Below the pieces are notes generated by a model that was given only the letters and a program-made list of their open reading frames with translations, was not told where the DNA came from and did no database searches. From the NCBI RefSeq assembly GCF_009914755.1, contig NC_060931.1: a stretch of DNA of 64,000 nt; one strand, given 5' to 3'. Of this stretch, positions 24,674-37,076 are shown piece by piece. The translations under genes were made by a program, and so were the position numbers. How positions within the stretch are numbered: the stretch's first letter is position 1; every line of letters begins with the position of its first letter. This stretch comes from the human T2T-CHM13v2.0 reference genome, Homo sapiens.

Positions 24674-25091
24674 TGATATGGTTTGGATCTGTGTCCCCAC
24701 CCAAATCTCATGTCAAATTGTAATCCCAGTGTTGGAGGTGGGGCCTGATGAGAGGTGATTGGATCATGGAGGCAGAGTTCTCATGAATGGTTTAGCACCA
24801 TCTCCTCAGTGCTGTTCTCATGATAGTGAATGAGTTATCACAAGATCTGGTTGTTTTAAAAGTTTGTAGTTCTTCCCCTGTCTCTTTTCCTTTTGCCCAG
24901 CCATGTGAAGACACCTGCTCCTGCTTTGCCTTATGCCATGAGTAAATTCTTCCTAAGGCCTCCCTGGAAGCAGATGCCGCCATGCTTCCTCTACAGCCTA
25001 CAGATCTCTGAGCCAATTAAACCTTTTTTTTTTTAATAAATTACCCAGTCTCAGGTATGTCTTTATAACAGTTTTAGAATGGACTAATATA
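24674..25091 (+). mobile_element. MSTA MaLR solo LTR within the L1PB 3' UTR
   Basis: tgatatggtttggatctgtgtccccaccc ... ggactaatata. Confidence 0.9.
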
Positions 25092-25271
25092 AAGTCTCAA
25101 AAGGGGAAGGATAGGAGACAGATGTGGGATTAAAACTACATATTAGGCACAATGTACACTACTCAGGTGACAGACGCAATAACATCTCAGAATTCACCAC
25201 TATATAATTCATCCATGTAACCAAAAGCTACTTGTACCCCGAAAGCTATCATTTTTTTTATTAAAAAAAGA

Positions 25272-26260
25272 AACTCTTTGCCAAAGGACACGATTCAGAA
25301 AGTGAAGATGAATTTATAGAGTAGAAGAAGATATTTGAAATGCAGAACAAAAATTGTCAAGTGGCCAGTACTGGAAGGCATAAAGACTGACCAAAAGTAA
25401 GAAATCAGGCAACCTAATTAAAAAAAAATATGAGAGACTTCAGCAGTCACGTCACAAAAGAGAATATACATAAAGGCCAATAAAATACATGAAATGATAC
25501 TCAATTTCATTTCTAGCCAGTGATGGACAAAGTAAAGCTGCAATGAGATATCACTGGTAGACATCCACTGCACCAGAATGTCCAACATTAACATGATTGA
25601 TAAGGGAATGGTTTTGCAATGGTGTGGAAGGAGAGAAACTATCCCCCTGCTAGTGGGGCTATAATTTGGTACTATATTAGAAAACCATTTGACAGTATCT
25701 AATATGTTAAACAGATATATTTTCCATGACTCAACAAATCCACAGGCATACATCCAACAGAACTCAAGGCCAGTATGCGCCAAGAAATATATTCGAGAAT
25801 GTTCATGACAGCCCAAATGTCTGTTAACAGTAATATGTATAAATAACATGTAATATTTTCATTCAGTGCATGCAAATAAAATACACAATGACAAGAAACT
25901 TCACAGGTTTTTGAAGCCAGTCACTTGTGTTGTACAATTCAATTTCTATAAAGTCCCACAAGTGGGAAAAACTGAAATACATTGCTTATGGATTCATGTT
26001 TTGGTGGTAAAATTATACTTAAAAGCAAGGAAATGTTACCATAATATTTATACTAAGGGTAAAGTTTTAGCGAGATTGGAAGGGATTGCAATTATGTAGG
26101 GGAATACTGAGACCTTTTTCTGGCTGGCTGTGCTTTCATTTGACCTAGGTAAAGATTACACCAATGTTCCACTTATAATGATTAATGATGTCACCCATTT
26201 ATATTTAACTGACTTTTCAGCATGCCAGTTATATGTCACAATTTAAAAAGTTTAAAATAT
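25272..26260 (+). mobile_element. Ancient L1M (L1ME-like) ORF2 end and 3' UTR
   Basis: Degenerate L1M 3' sequence, continuation of 12982-13303. Confidence 0.65.
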
Positions 26261-26339
26261 AAGAACAAAACATAAATATTCCACAGGGCACCCAAGGTAA
26301 AGGATTACTCTTGCATTGTGAATTTTCTAGGACATTAGG

Positions 26340-26975
26340 TTTGCTGGCATTTGTGTCTCTCATAACAATCATGCTATTCCTCTCCTGTTACGTGGCGGTC
26401 TCTGTTTTTTATTTGTTTTTATGTTTGGTGGGTGGATTTGGGAGGGTCATTGATCTAGTTCCATGATTGAGCACTTATTGCTAAATCAACTTAAGGAAAT
26501 ACCCTTAGTTAGAATCTGAACTAATCCATCAGGACTAAGCCATTCTACCCACAGAATTGCTATGACTAAAAATCTAAATCAGGAGTTGGAATCTGATCCA
26601 ATTAAACCTAACCATGAAGTGAAATTCGTTGAGTCTTTTGAGAAATAGCACTTTTTAATCATTTGGAAGAACTACCTACAGTCATGAATTAGAAGCTTGG
26701 AACTGCTAGAACACATTTTCCCAACACGTGTGAGGATCTAGCCTTAAGAGAGAGAGAGAGAGATAGAAAAAAAAAAAAATCCCTTTCAATTGGAGAGACA
26801 AAGAAACTGGGTATTTGCCAAGCTACAGCTGTGAAATCAAAGTAAACTCAACACTTGCCCTGCCTATGGACTTCACAGTTTTGTGAATAATTACATTAAT
26901 TTTATATCTTTTAAACCTGTTTACATTGTTGCATTTACTTAAAATACTTGTAACATTAAAAAGCCCTAATTAGCA
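26340..26975 (+). mobile_element. Old ERVL-type LTR (LTR33/LTR16-like)
   Basis: The 3' end ggacttcacagttttgtgaataattac...cttgtaacattaaaaagccctaatt resembles ERVL LTR U5 ends. Boundaries approximate. Confidence 0.5.
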
Positions 26976-27139
26976 AATGGGATCCACAAAATGGCATATA
27001 ATTAAGATACTGTCATCTAATGTAATTGAAAGAATAAACAGAAGGTTGTTTTGAATTAAATATGTATCTGTGGCAAAGAACACTGCTCTGATATTTAAAG
27101 CTATTTTAGACCCACCTGTGAAAAGAGTTGGAACAGAGT

Positions 27140-27660
27140 ATGAAATGTGACCTAGGGTAAGAGCATATCTCTCTTGGCTTTAGTTTTTTCATCTAGGAAA
27201 TGAGGTTAAGATTAGAAAGCTGCCTCTTAGGTTTTCAAATGGCGGCATTATGGTTCAGCAGTTAAGAGCATGAACAAAGAAGATGAATAAAGTTGAATTT
27301 TAGGCTGGGCACGGTGGCTCACGCCTGTAATCCCAGCACTTTGGGAGGCTGAGGTAGGTGGATCACCCGAGGTCAGGAGTCCGAGAGCAGCCTGGCTAAT
27401 ACGGTGAAACCCCATCTCTACTAAAAATACAAAAATGAGCCGGGCATTGTGACGGGCGTCTGTAGTCCCAGCTACTCAGGAAGCTGAGGCAGAGAATCAC
27501 TTGAACCCGGGAGTCAGAGGTTGCCCTGAGCCGGGGTCACCGCATTGTCCACACTGTACAGCTCCATCTGTACAATGTGGACAATGTCAGTATTCTAGAT
27601 CATGGGGTTTTAATGAAAATTAAAGGATATATTTTATACAAAGCATTTTGTAAACTATTG
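27140..27660. mobile_element. MIR fragments (one interrupted by an Alu)
   Basis: MIR core-like motifs tgtgacctagggtaag...ttcatctaggaaatgagg and ctccatctgtacaatgtggacaatg. Confidence 0.55.
27303..27547 (+). mobile_element. AluS, 3'-truncated (no tail)
   Basis: ggctgggcacggtggctcacgcc start. It ends about 35 nt short of the tail, at a hairpin. Confidence 0.93.
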
Positions 27661-29634
27661 AGTGTTTACTATATTCAAGAAAAAATCACTGTTTTTCACA
27701 GCAATACTGCCTCAGGTACAGAACTAGAGATTTTGGCTTATGTATATTTCAAAGTCCTTTCCACCTCAGATTTTGTAGTCATCAATTTATGAAATCAATC
27801 ATTTGAAAAGACAAGGGAATTCAAGGAAAATCTCGGTACTCTATATTAATATGTCAAATAGATACATTTGTATCTATGAAGACAGTAAATTAAGAAATTC
27901 TCCTGTTGTCCACATTCTCATTAGATTGGATGATATAAAATCGCCATCTCTATTGTTTAAACGTGGACAAATAGATTCCTGGCCTAAGCATTTAGGTATG
28001 GAAAGGGGGTTGCTAACTTAAGGCTGACTGAGAAGAGATCACTGGGAGCAGACCATGCTGTAGTTAAGCTTGTCATTCTACAAACTGGGTTGGTGAAACC
28101 AAAACACTGCTACCTCAAGCCCTCATCCAAGGTTCCCTCAGTGCAATGAACTATGCTATGAATTCACGACAATAAAAAATCCATTGTAACACCATGTTTT
28201 TAATTATACAATAATAGGAGCCATTTTCCTGTAAAATATTTTTGTGAGGGAGGATTCCTTATTAACATAAAGCTTTTATTTAAGTATAATAAAGAAATAT
28301 GATGAGAAGAATATTCTCCTGAACTACTGAATAAGTTAAATTTTTTCCTAATATGCTTAATAATTTTGTACTGAATCTGATTTATCTATCTACTTGCCCT
28401 GGGCTATTTTATTCAATTCCCTGGTTTTCAGATTATCAGTTAAAATATAAATTTAATGAAGTGATGATAGGTTTTGACTTCTATAACGTGTGCCCTAAAT
28501 TTAATCTGGTTAACAAAACATGGACTTAGCTCAAGAGGGCATATGTTATTCTAAATAATTATAGCTTTAAGAAGGCTGAACATAAATCTCCCAAATCCCA
28601 ATATAACATGACATTTGGGTAACAGCAGTCCATGAAATTTGTTTCAATGCTCATGCATTCCCCTGTGTTATTTGCTACTACCTTTAGTTTTGCTTTGATC
28701 TAAAAATTGTAGAAAAACAAAAGCTAAAAATAAATATAGTCATAAAAAAATTTAAACACTGGTCACTGAAAAATAAATATAGCCCCTATGATTCCTTTTA
28801 AAAGTATGACTATTATAGGATAAAAATCTATCCTCAAAATGTATCTTAATCCTAAATCTACTCATATTTATATAAAAGGAAGATGATATTTTATGTATTT
28901 CATCATCCTTATAATACAATTATTTTATGTTTAAATCAACGTTTGATTAGCTATAAAATACTGAAGAGTCAATGAAAGCTTAAATTCCAGGGAAAATGTT
29001 TAAAGGAATGAATGGAGTTTTAACTTTTCAACCAATTAATCTAGAGTCACTTATACACAGAAGGGAAAAGAAAAAAATATTTGGCGAATTTAAGATACAG
29101 AACACAGAAAATTTAATGATCCATGGTTCAAAAGATGGCATCATTTCTCTGTAGGAAAAGAATGGTCTCTTGGGAAACAGAACAGGCAGGCCTCACTGGG
29201 TGTTTCTCAAAGCACTCTATTCATTTAAGAAGTCTTAGTTGAATATTATCCATTGACTAGAGTGAATTTTTCTGTTTCCATCTGCGGTTCATACAATCTC
29301 AGAAAAAATAATGCATTTCAGAAGGAGCTGAGAAAGTAACTTCTAAATTCCTCCCCACATTCATGATTACTACTGGGTTATCAGTCTGAATTGATTCTTA
29401 AAAATTCATTGATAGATTTAATATAAAATGAGTTCCAAGTGAAAGTTATAGAGGCATGAAGCCACATAGGTAAACACAGCAATCTGTATTTTCTAGGATT
29501 TTACCTGAAATCCTGTGACAAATAAGGCAATGGAGTGAGTTCTACATGTTTAAAGACTATTAATATCCTGTAATATAAATTGTGTTTCAATTTGCATTTT
29601 AATCATCTTTTCTATGCAGAAGTTTGTATGTGGT

Positions 29635-30009
29635 TGATATGGTTTGGCTCTGTGTCCCCACCCAAAACTCATGTTGTGGTTCCCATAATTCCCACATATT
29701 GTGAAGGAACCTGGTGAGAGATGATTGAATCATGGAGGCAGGTCTTTCTCATGCTATTCTTGTGATAGTGAATGGGTCTCTCGAGTTCTGATGGTTTTAA
29801 AAATGGGAGTTTCCCTGCATGAGCTCTCTCTTTGCCTGCCGCCATCCGCATAAGATGTAACTTACTCCTCCTTGCCTTCTGCCATGATTTTGATTCCTCC
29901 CCAGCCACGTGGTGGAACTGTGAGTCCAATTAAACCTCTTTCTTTTGTAAATTGCCCAGTCTTTATCAGCAGCATGTCTTTATCAGCAGCATGAAAACAG
30001 ACTAATACA
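29635..30009 (+). mobile_element. THE1 (A/B-like) MaLR solo LTR
   Basis: tgatatggtttggctctgtgtcccc ... gaaaacagactaataca, with an internal 17-bp tandem duplication gtctttatcagcagcat. Confidence 0.9.
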
Positions 30010-30299
30010 GGGCTTATGTGTGGTTTTCTGAAATTTTTAATGCAGTCAAATCTTGTCATTATTTCTTTTTTGATTTCCGCCTCTGCGATCATGCTTAGAA
30101 AGTCATCCACAAACACATTGCCTCCTAGTACCTTACTTTGTATGAACTATCTTACTCTCCTGGATTTATTTTGAATGATGGTATGAGACAAATACCTAAT
30201 TGTGTTTTTTAAAAAATCATTAGTCCATTGTACATAATTGCTTATTGAATTATTTCTCAACTGATTTTCTATAATAAATTTTTGTCAGAGACTCAATCC

Positions 30300-32140
30300 A
30301 TTCATTGATGACATGTTTATTTTCAGTGCTATAGTTATCAGGCACTGTGCTAAGTTCAGGGAACACAATGGTAAGCAAACAGACTTATGTCCCCTCATAA
30401 ACTTCATCACATCAAGAAGGAAGATATGTTAGCCCAGATTCACATATGCGGAATATTGAAGAAGAGCTTTTTAAATGAACCTGACCTAAATAGAAAGTCA
30501 AGAAAGTCTTCGAAGAAATGACGTTTAGGTGCAATCTAGGTGATGACTAGGAATTAAACAAAGAGGAATATTGCTGGTGAAACATTCCAACCACAGTGAA
30601 TCACTACAGAAATGCCCTGCGTTTGGCGGGAAATAACCTGATGAAGCTTGGGAAAGAAAACAGGTGAGGCCAGCATGAGACGGGGAGGGGCAGGGAGGTG
30701 GGGGGTTAAGCCTGGAGAACTGGATCATGACCACTTCTTGGTCCTGTAATCAACTGGAATCCACTGAGAAGTATTAAAGAAGAGTTAAATGATCAGCAAT
30801 TTGTGGAGGAAAGGTGTTTCTAGAAGGACCATGAAGGGCAGACGAAGAGGTGAGGGGTGAGCATGAAGGGGTGAGCAGTGGCTATGGGAAAGCTAGAAAT
30901 GTAAATGTGTAAAGGATGATGACATTGAAATAAATACTGGTAGATGTATTAAAGAGTTATTTAAAATATAAAGCATGATGATAGATAGGATATAGGAGGT
31001 AATGGAGGTAATGGAGAGTGAGGTGTGCAGGTATAAGCACTAGGTTTGAGATTTATATCCATCAATAATAATGATGTCATTCATGAGGAAATATGCTGTA
31101 GGAAGGTGGAGGATCCAGACTACGAATCCAGACTTAGTGTACTGATTTTTATGAGAGTTTGAGTCACCTAAAACAAGGTTTGGCAAGATTCGTAAAGGCC
31201 AGGTAGTAAATATTTGGGGCTGTGCATGCCACGAATGGTCACTATTGCATATTTTTCTATTTATTTATTTACTTATTTATTATGCATATGGAAACTCTTT
31301 ACAACATAAAAATTATTCTTAGCTACTGGGAAGTAGAAGAACAGGGGCAGGATTTGGACTGTGTCCTAAGAAGTCAGTAAGAGTGTCAGGAGTGAGGAGA
31401 AGGACTTCTGAGCCAGAAACATGAATGTTTAGGTTCAGGTATCATCAGTGCTTAACGAGTAAGTGAGGCTGTGGATATAGATGAATTGGCCTAGGTAGAC
31501 AAAGAATGAAAAGAGAAGAGAGACAGTGACTGAGCCTTGAGAAACTCTAATACATAATGGTCTACTAGAGGAAGAGAAGCCTAAAAATAGTACTAAAAGA
31601 GCTAGAAGAGAAGGGGTAAAAACACAGTAGGAATATGGTATCACGGAAATTAAGGGAAGTTCATGGAGATCATTTTTCAGATGTGAAAAACTCTAAGAAC
31701 TTAGATGCTGATGAATGATTCAATTGAAAAATAAGTTTACTAGATACTAGAGAGAGAATTGGTCATTGACAATGAATGGTTTCTCATAAAGCAGAAGAGA
31801 GCCTAATTGGACTTTATTTGGAGGTGATGTACCTCTCCTGTTATAGAACAGCCACGAAGAGAAGTGTGCAGATGCAGGTGCGTTTGGAGATGCAGCAGCA
31901 GACAGTCTCCATCTGCAGGCTCAGACTCTCCCCATGAATCAGAAGAATAGGCTGTGGTCCCTCCATGAGCATGAGGGGGTCCTGTAAGGGGTGGGTGTAG
32001 TAGGTGTGAAGAGAGGAGAGAGGCAGAGAAAACTAGTAGGCTTGCTGAGTAGTGTTGAGAGCCTATGTGAGGTTGATTATCATAAATTTTTGGAAGTATT
32101 TGTCTCTATTTTTATATGATTTTCTAGGACAGTGTTTCAT
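30300..32140 (-). mobile_element. L2 LINE relic
   Basis: caggcactgtgctaagttcagggaacacaatggtaagcaaacagac (L2 3' end, reverse) followed by purine-rich L2 ORF2-like sequence. Confidence 0.7.
31174..31362 (+). mobile_element. MER58-like hAT-Charlie MITE
   Basis: caaggtttggcaag...gtaaaggccaggtagtaaatatttgggg...ggatttggac resembles MER58. Confidence 0.6.
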
Positions 32141-32559
32141 GCTTTGATATTGTCCAAATATCAAGTAAAAAGCAACTAGGAAAGTAACAGATGCATTTAT
32201 CTTTTGACCCAGCATGCTCCCAAATAAAAACTGGCAAAATGTAAAATGACATGGTCAAGCTATTAGTTTGGCATTCTTTTTAATGTGAGAATACTGAAAC
32301 AGTACAAATATCTGCCATTTGACACAGGTGGAATAAATTTTAATATACTCATACAATAGAAAGGTATACAGGTTATTAAAATGGAATTAGGGAGAGCTCT
32401 ATAATGTATTTTAAAAATAAAACATGCAAACCAACACCTATGGAGAGAGGCAAACCAATGCCTTTGGAGAGACACACAACCTTGCTGGATGGTTTCACAT
32501 TGACTCCTGACAAAATCCTCCAATGGGTCTTCACTGCCTCCTGGGAATCCTACTGCATT

Positions 32560-34070
32560 ATCCAAATCAATTTGCCCTCTTAGAGTTTGAAACTATTTCA
32601 TGTTTTCTCCATGCTCTCAGAACTCCAAAACTCCACCCCCATATTCCAACTGATGATTTTGCCTTTTATTTCACTCAGATTTAAAAATTCTGAAGAAAGC
32701 GTCTTTATAGTCCTACCACCAAATGTAACATAACTAATACTCTATTAAAAAGGAAAAGTCTCTGAGCACCCATCTGAGGACAGTTTCCTGACACGGAGCT
32801 AGGTCACATCTTTTAAGCTACTCAATGATTTTCTCCCTTGGAATTTCCCCCTCCCTACGCATTCTCTTGAATAATTTATTCACTTGGAGAATATTTGTAA
32901 AACATTTACTGTAAGCCAGGAAATGTTCTAAAGTAATTTACAATTATCAACTCAGGTTGATAATCAGATTTTTCTGCCTACTGCATTCTTACTATTGAAA
33001 ACATGGTACATCTTCAAGAAGCATTCACAAGCAAACATTCTGCTTCAGCAATGGGAGATTCTTCTGTTCAGCTCCACAGAAATGTCTTTGAAAAGATAGT
33101 ATATCACCTTTTCTGCCACTATTTTTTCTCTTGAACCCACACCAATCAGGATTTCATTCTTACCACTCAAACAAACACCTGTTATCAGAATCACTAATGA
33201 TCACTACATTGTCAGCTTCAGTGATCAAATCAGCTTTCATCCGGCTGGATCTAAGAGAGGCAGCATTTGACACAGCTAACCCCTCTTCCTTTCAAACTCC
33301 TGTCCTCACCTGACATTCAGAAATCACTCTCCTTTGATTTGCCTCTTATTTCACCTGGCTTCCTTTTGTCAGATCTCTCTCATTTTCCCTCCCTTTCAAC
33401 TAGTGGTCTTAATCTTGGCTGCAAATTATAATCACCTGGGGAATCAAAAAAATGATTCTCAATGCCCAGGCCATACCCAAGACCCATCCTTGAGAAGGAG
33501 ACCAAAGCATCCATAGTTTTACAAACTCCCCCAGATGATTCCAATGTGCAGCTGAAGTTAGGAATCACTGTTAGGCAAAGGAATTGATGTCCGAGAGCCA
33601 TCAGAAGTGGTATCCACTGGCCACAGCCTCTCTGATCTCATCTCCTGTCCTTCTTCCCACTGGCTACTCCTCTTTAGCCACTGGGCTTCAAGCCATGCCT
33701 CAGACACAGCAAGCATCATCTCACCCCAGGGTTCTTGCATTTACCATAGACTCTGTCAGCAAGACCCTCACTTCCTCAGGACCTCTACTCAAGTGTCACT
33801 TTAGCAGAGGACTTCTGACCATTCTGTACAAAGCAGCCCTCTCCTCACCTGCTGCCCCCAGGGGTCTCCCCACCCCTGGGGCTGACTTCATTTTATCAAT
33901 AGCCTTTGTCTTCACTTGAAGCATTATGTAATATATGCTTCTTGAGGGTCTCCCTCACTGTGTTGTAAATTCTTAGGGGAAAATACTTTGTTTTGCTCAC
34001 TGTTTAATCCTTAATCAACAGTTGAATCCACCAGAGTGGAGTAGACACTCTAGAAAGTTTATATAATAAA
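32560..34070 (+). mobile_element. L2 LINE relic
   Basis: Pyrimidine-rich L2 ORF2-like tract (MNPHQSGFHSYHS...LDLREAAFDTAN) and an L2-like 3' end. Confidence 0.7.
33400..33570. mobile_element. MER5A-like hAT MITE
   Basis: Terminal inverted-repeat-like ends ctagtggtcttaatcttggctgca and gtgcagctgaagttaggaatcactg. Confidence 0.75.
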
Positions 34071-34884
34071 CAGCTGCCTTTCTTTCTTTACCTAAATTTA
34101 CTTTATCTTCTGTTTATATTATCATAAGCTCCATGTAAACTTCTAACATTTTTCTCTCACCTTGTTTAATATCACAGAATTATTTTTTTTCAATACATTC
34201 CTGCTCTCTTTCCACGAATTTTCTTTCTTAAAAACCCTGTTATTTTGTTTTCCATTATTAGTCTTTACACTTACTGCTTACTGCTATGAACTAACACTGA
34301 TTTTAAGAAGCATCTGGTAAAAAAATATACTTCTATACCTACTTCTTCACCAATATCAATCATCAGAATTTTTGCTTTAATTATGCATGAGTAATTTCAT
34401 ATTATGAATAATTGTAATGAGTATATTCTGTTGTGTAAATTATTTAATTCCTCAATATTTTTCTAATAGGTTCAACCCAAAGAAGCTGAATTTAAGATAT
34501 ATAATTATGCCAATAATTTTCATTGCACAATCAAGTAGTGGGATTGTAGCCATCATTTTAAAAGATAACCCTACATCTTTTAGATGTTCATAGTTTGAGG
34601 TGAATTTTCCAGCCATCAGGGTAATTAATTAATTTTTATTTTTACTAAATGCACTCATTTGTTCTGTTATATTCAGTTATCATTCTTTCTTGTTTTTTGC
34701 ATGAATGTATGAGTCTTTTTTCTGTAAGCCTATGTGAATAGTAAATCTCAGTCTCTGCTCCCTTACGCTGGCCACTGCAGGGTAAGCCATTACGACTTGT
34801 GTTCTTTCTGATCTTGGGGGATTTTCCTTTCATCATGTGTGTGTCTAGAGAGTGGGAAACAGAGAGAAAAAGAGCTAGAGATAG

Positions 34885-35337
34885 AGGATTTATATATATG
34901 CATATATATACACATACACACATATATAGTTATATATGTTATATACTACATATACTGTATATAAACATATATAGTTATATACATGTATATGTAGATGTTA
35001 TATGTAATTATGTACATATATGTATAAATGTTATATAATAGTTACTCATAAGTATATACGTATGTATATGTATATACATATATACATATGTAGATGTATA
35101 TGTATGTATATAACTATGTATGTATATAACTATATGTAACATGTTACATAGATGTGTATGTAACTAATATATGCATGTATATAACATATACATATGTATA
35201 TAACAATTTATAACATATATGTAAACAACTATATATAACATATACATAGATGTATATAATTGTATACATACACATGTATAGTTATGTATGTATATAACTA
35301 TATATATAGCTCTCTCTCTCTATATATATATATACAC
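34885..35337. repeat. Degenerate (TA)n/(TATG)n/(TACA)n microsatellite, about 450 bp
   Basis: Low-complexity alternating purine-pyrimidine tract seen directly. Confidence 0.95.
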
Positions 35338-36654
35338 ATTTTAATATATATTTCCTTATAGCCTAAGCCAACATTTGGTAATGACTTGAATATTTAAATT
35401 GTGGGCTAAAACAAATAAGCAAGATATATCCACACAAATGAAAATTACTCAGCAATTTAAATAATGAGGTAAGTCTATATTTTGTTAAGACGATGTGTCC
35501 ACAACATGTATTTACATTAAAACAGCAGTATACAAAATGACTTGGGTAATATAATCCCATTTTAAAGGATCTCGTGTTTATGAACATCTCATAGCAAATA
35601 ATATGAAACCTACACATTATTATGTCAATATGTTTTTAGGGAGCTTGTTAAGTAATATTGCTTACTTCTAACTAGGTTCTTGTAATACTTGCATTATTTC
35701 CCAATAAACATGAATTATTTTTCAAATTAGAGGTGAAAAAAAGCATTTTGTTAAAATAGGATGAAATGGATATTTAAATTTTTTATGTACAAGTAAAATT
35801 CTAAGTCAGTTTCTGAGCAAAGTACATGTAGTATCCAATGATTCAAAATATGTTTTCTTTAAGTGTAAAACACAAATCCCAAACTGTAGTTGGCCTCACA
35901 GTTAACCTCAAAAATCCCCAAAGAATTTTTTTTTCCAAATAAAAGGTAGAAAAAGTTTCTTTGTACTGTGTAATTTTCTGGAGGTTGTAGCAAAGCATTA
36001 TGACAAAAAGGAAGAGGTTTATCTATTGAAAGCAAGGAAACAAATTGGTCATTGCTGGTACATGATATGATTGCAAAACCAAATAAAACATAGAACGGAA
36101 AGTAATACAACAGGTAAGAATCCGTAAAGGTACTTAATTGTAGGACAAATATGCAAAAGTCAACCATTTCTTTACGTTTATAAAGTTTATAAAATTCATC
36201 TCTAGTTTCTTCTAAATTGTTAAGCTGAAATACAATATTTTCCCTAACTGGTTAACCAATTTTCTTAGTAAAATCATTATAAAAGTCCACATTTTCCCAC
36301 TAAATAATATTCAGCTATCAAATGTAAGAAAATGTCTTTAGAATAATAAATTTGCTATGGAGTGGCTTCTGCAAGTACCAGTTGCATCAAGAATGGTGTG
36401 GCCAGCACTTCATCATTGCAGGGAGGTTGACGGATACCGGCTTACTCCCAATTACTGTCTTCAAGTTCAGACACTCAATTTACATGGAACCACTACTTAA
36501 GTGCAAAGGCCAATGTGCAAGCAAACCCACATGAAATCACACTGTTTATATTAGAAATTTTAAGTAGCATCTAAAAATTACATTATCCAGTTTAAATGTT
36601 TAAGAATATACCATCAACAAATATTTTTAAAAAGAAATTAATAAGTAAATGATG

Positions 36655-37076
36655 TGTATTGAGCCATTCTTGCATTGCTATAAAGAAATGCCTGGGACTG
36701 GGTAATTTATAAAGAAAACAGGTTTAATTGGCTCACAGTTCTGCAGGCTCTACAGGAAGCATAACACTGGCACTGTTTCTGGGCAACCTTCAGGAAGCTT
36801 ACAATCATGGTGGAAGGTGAAGCAGGAGCAGGCACGCTACACGGCAAAAGCAGGAGCAAGAGAACGAGGCGGGGAGGTGCTACATACTTTTAAAGGACCA
36901 GATCTCATGAGAACTCATTCACTATGGCAAGGACAGCGCCAAGAGAAATGGTGCTAAACCATTCATGAGAAATCTGCCCCCATGATGCAATCACCTTCCA
37001 CCAGGCCCCAACTCCAACGCTGAGGATTACAATTCAGTATAAGATTTGGGCATGAATACACATCCAAACTATAGCA
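36655..37076 (-). mobile_element. MSTA MaLR solo LTR
   Basis: tgtattgagccattcttgc ... catccaaactatagca. TSD tgatg/tgatt. Confidence 0.9.
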
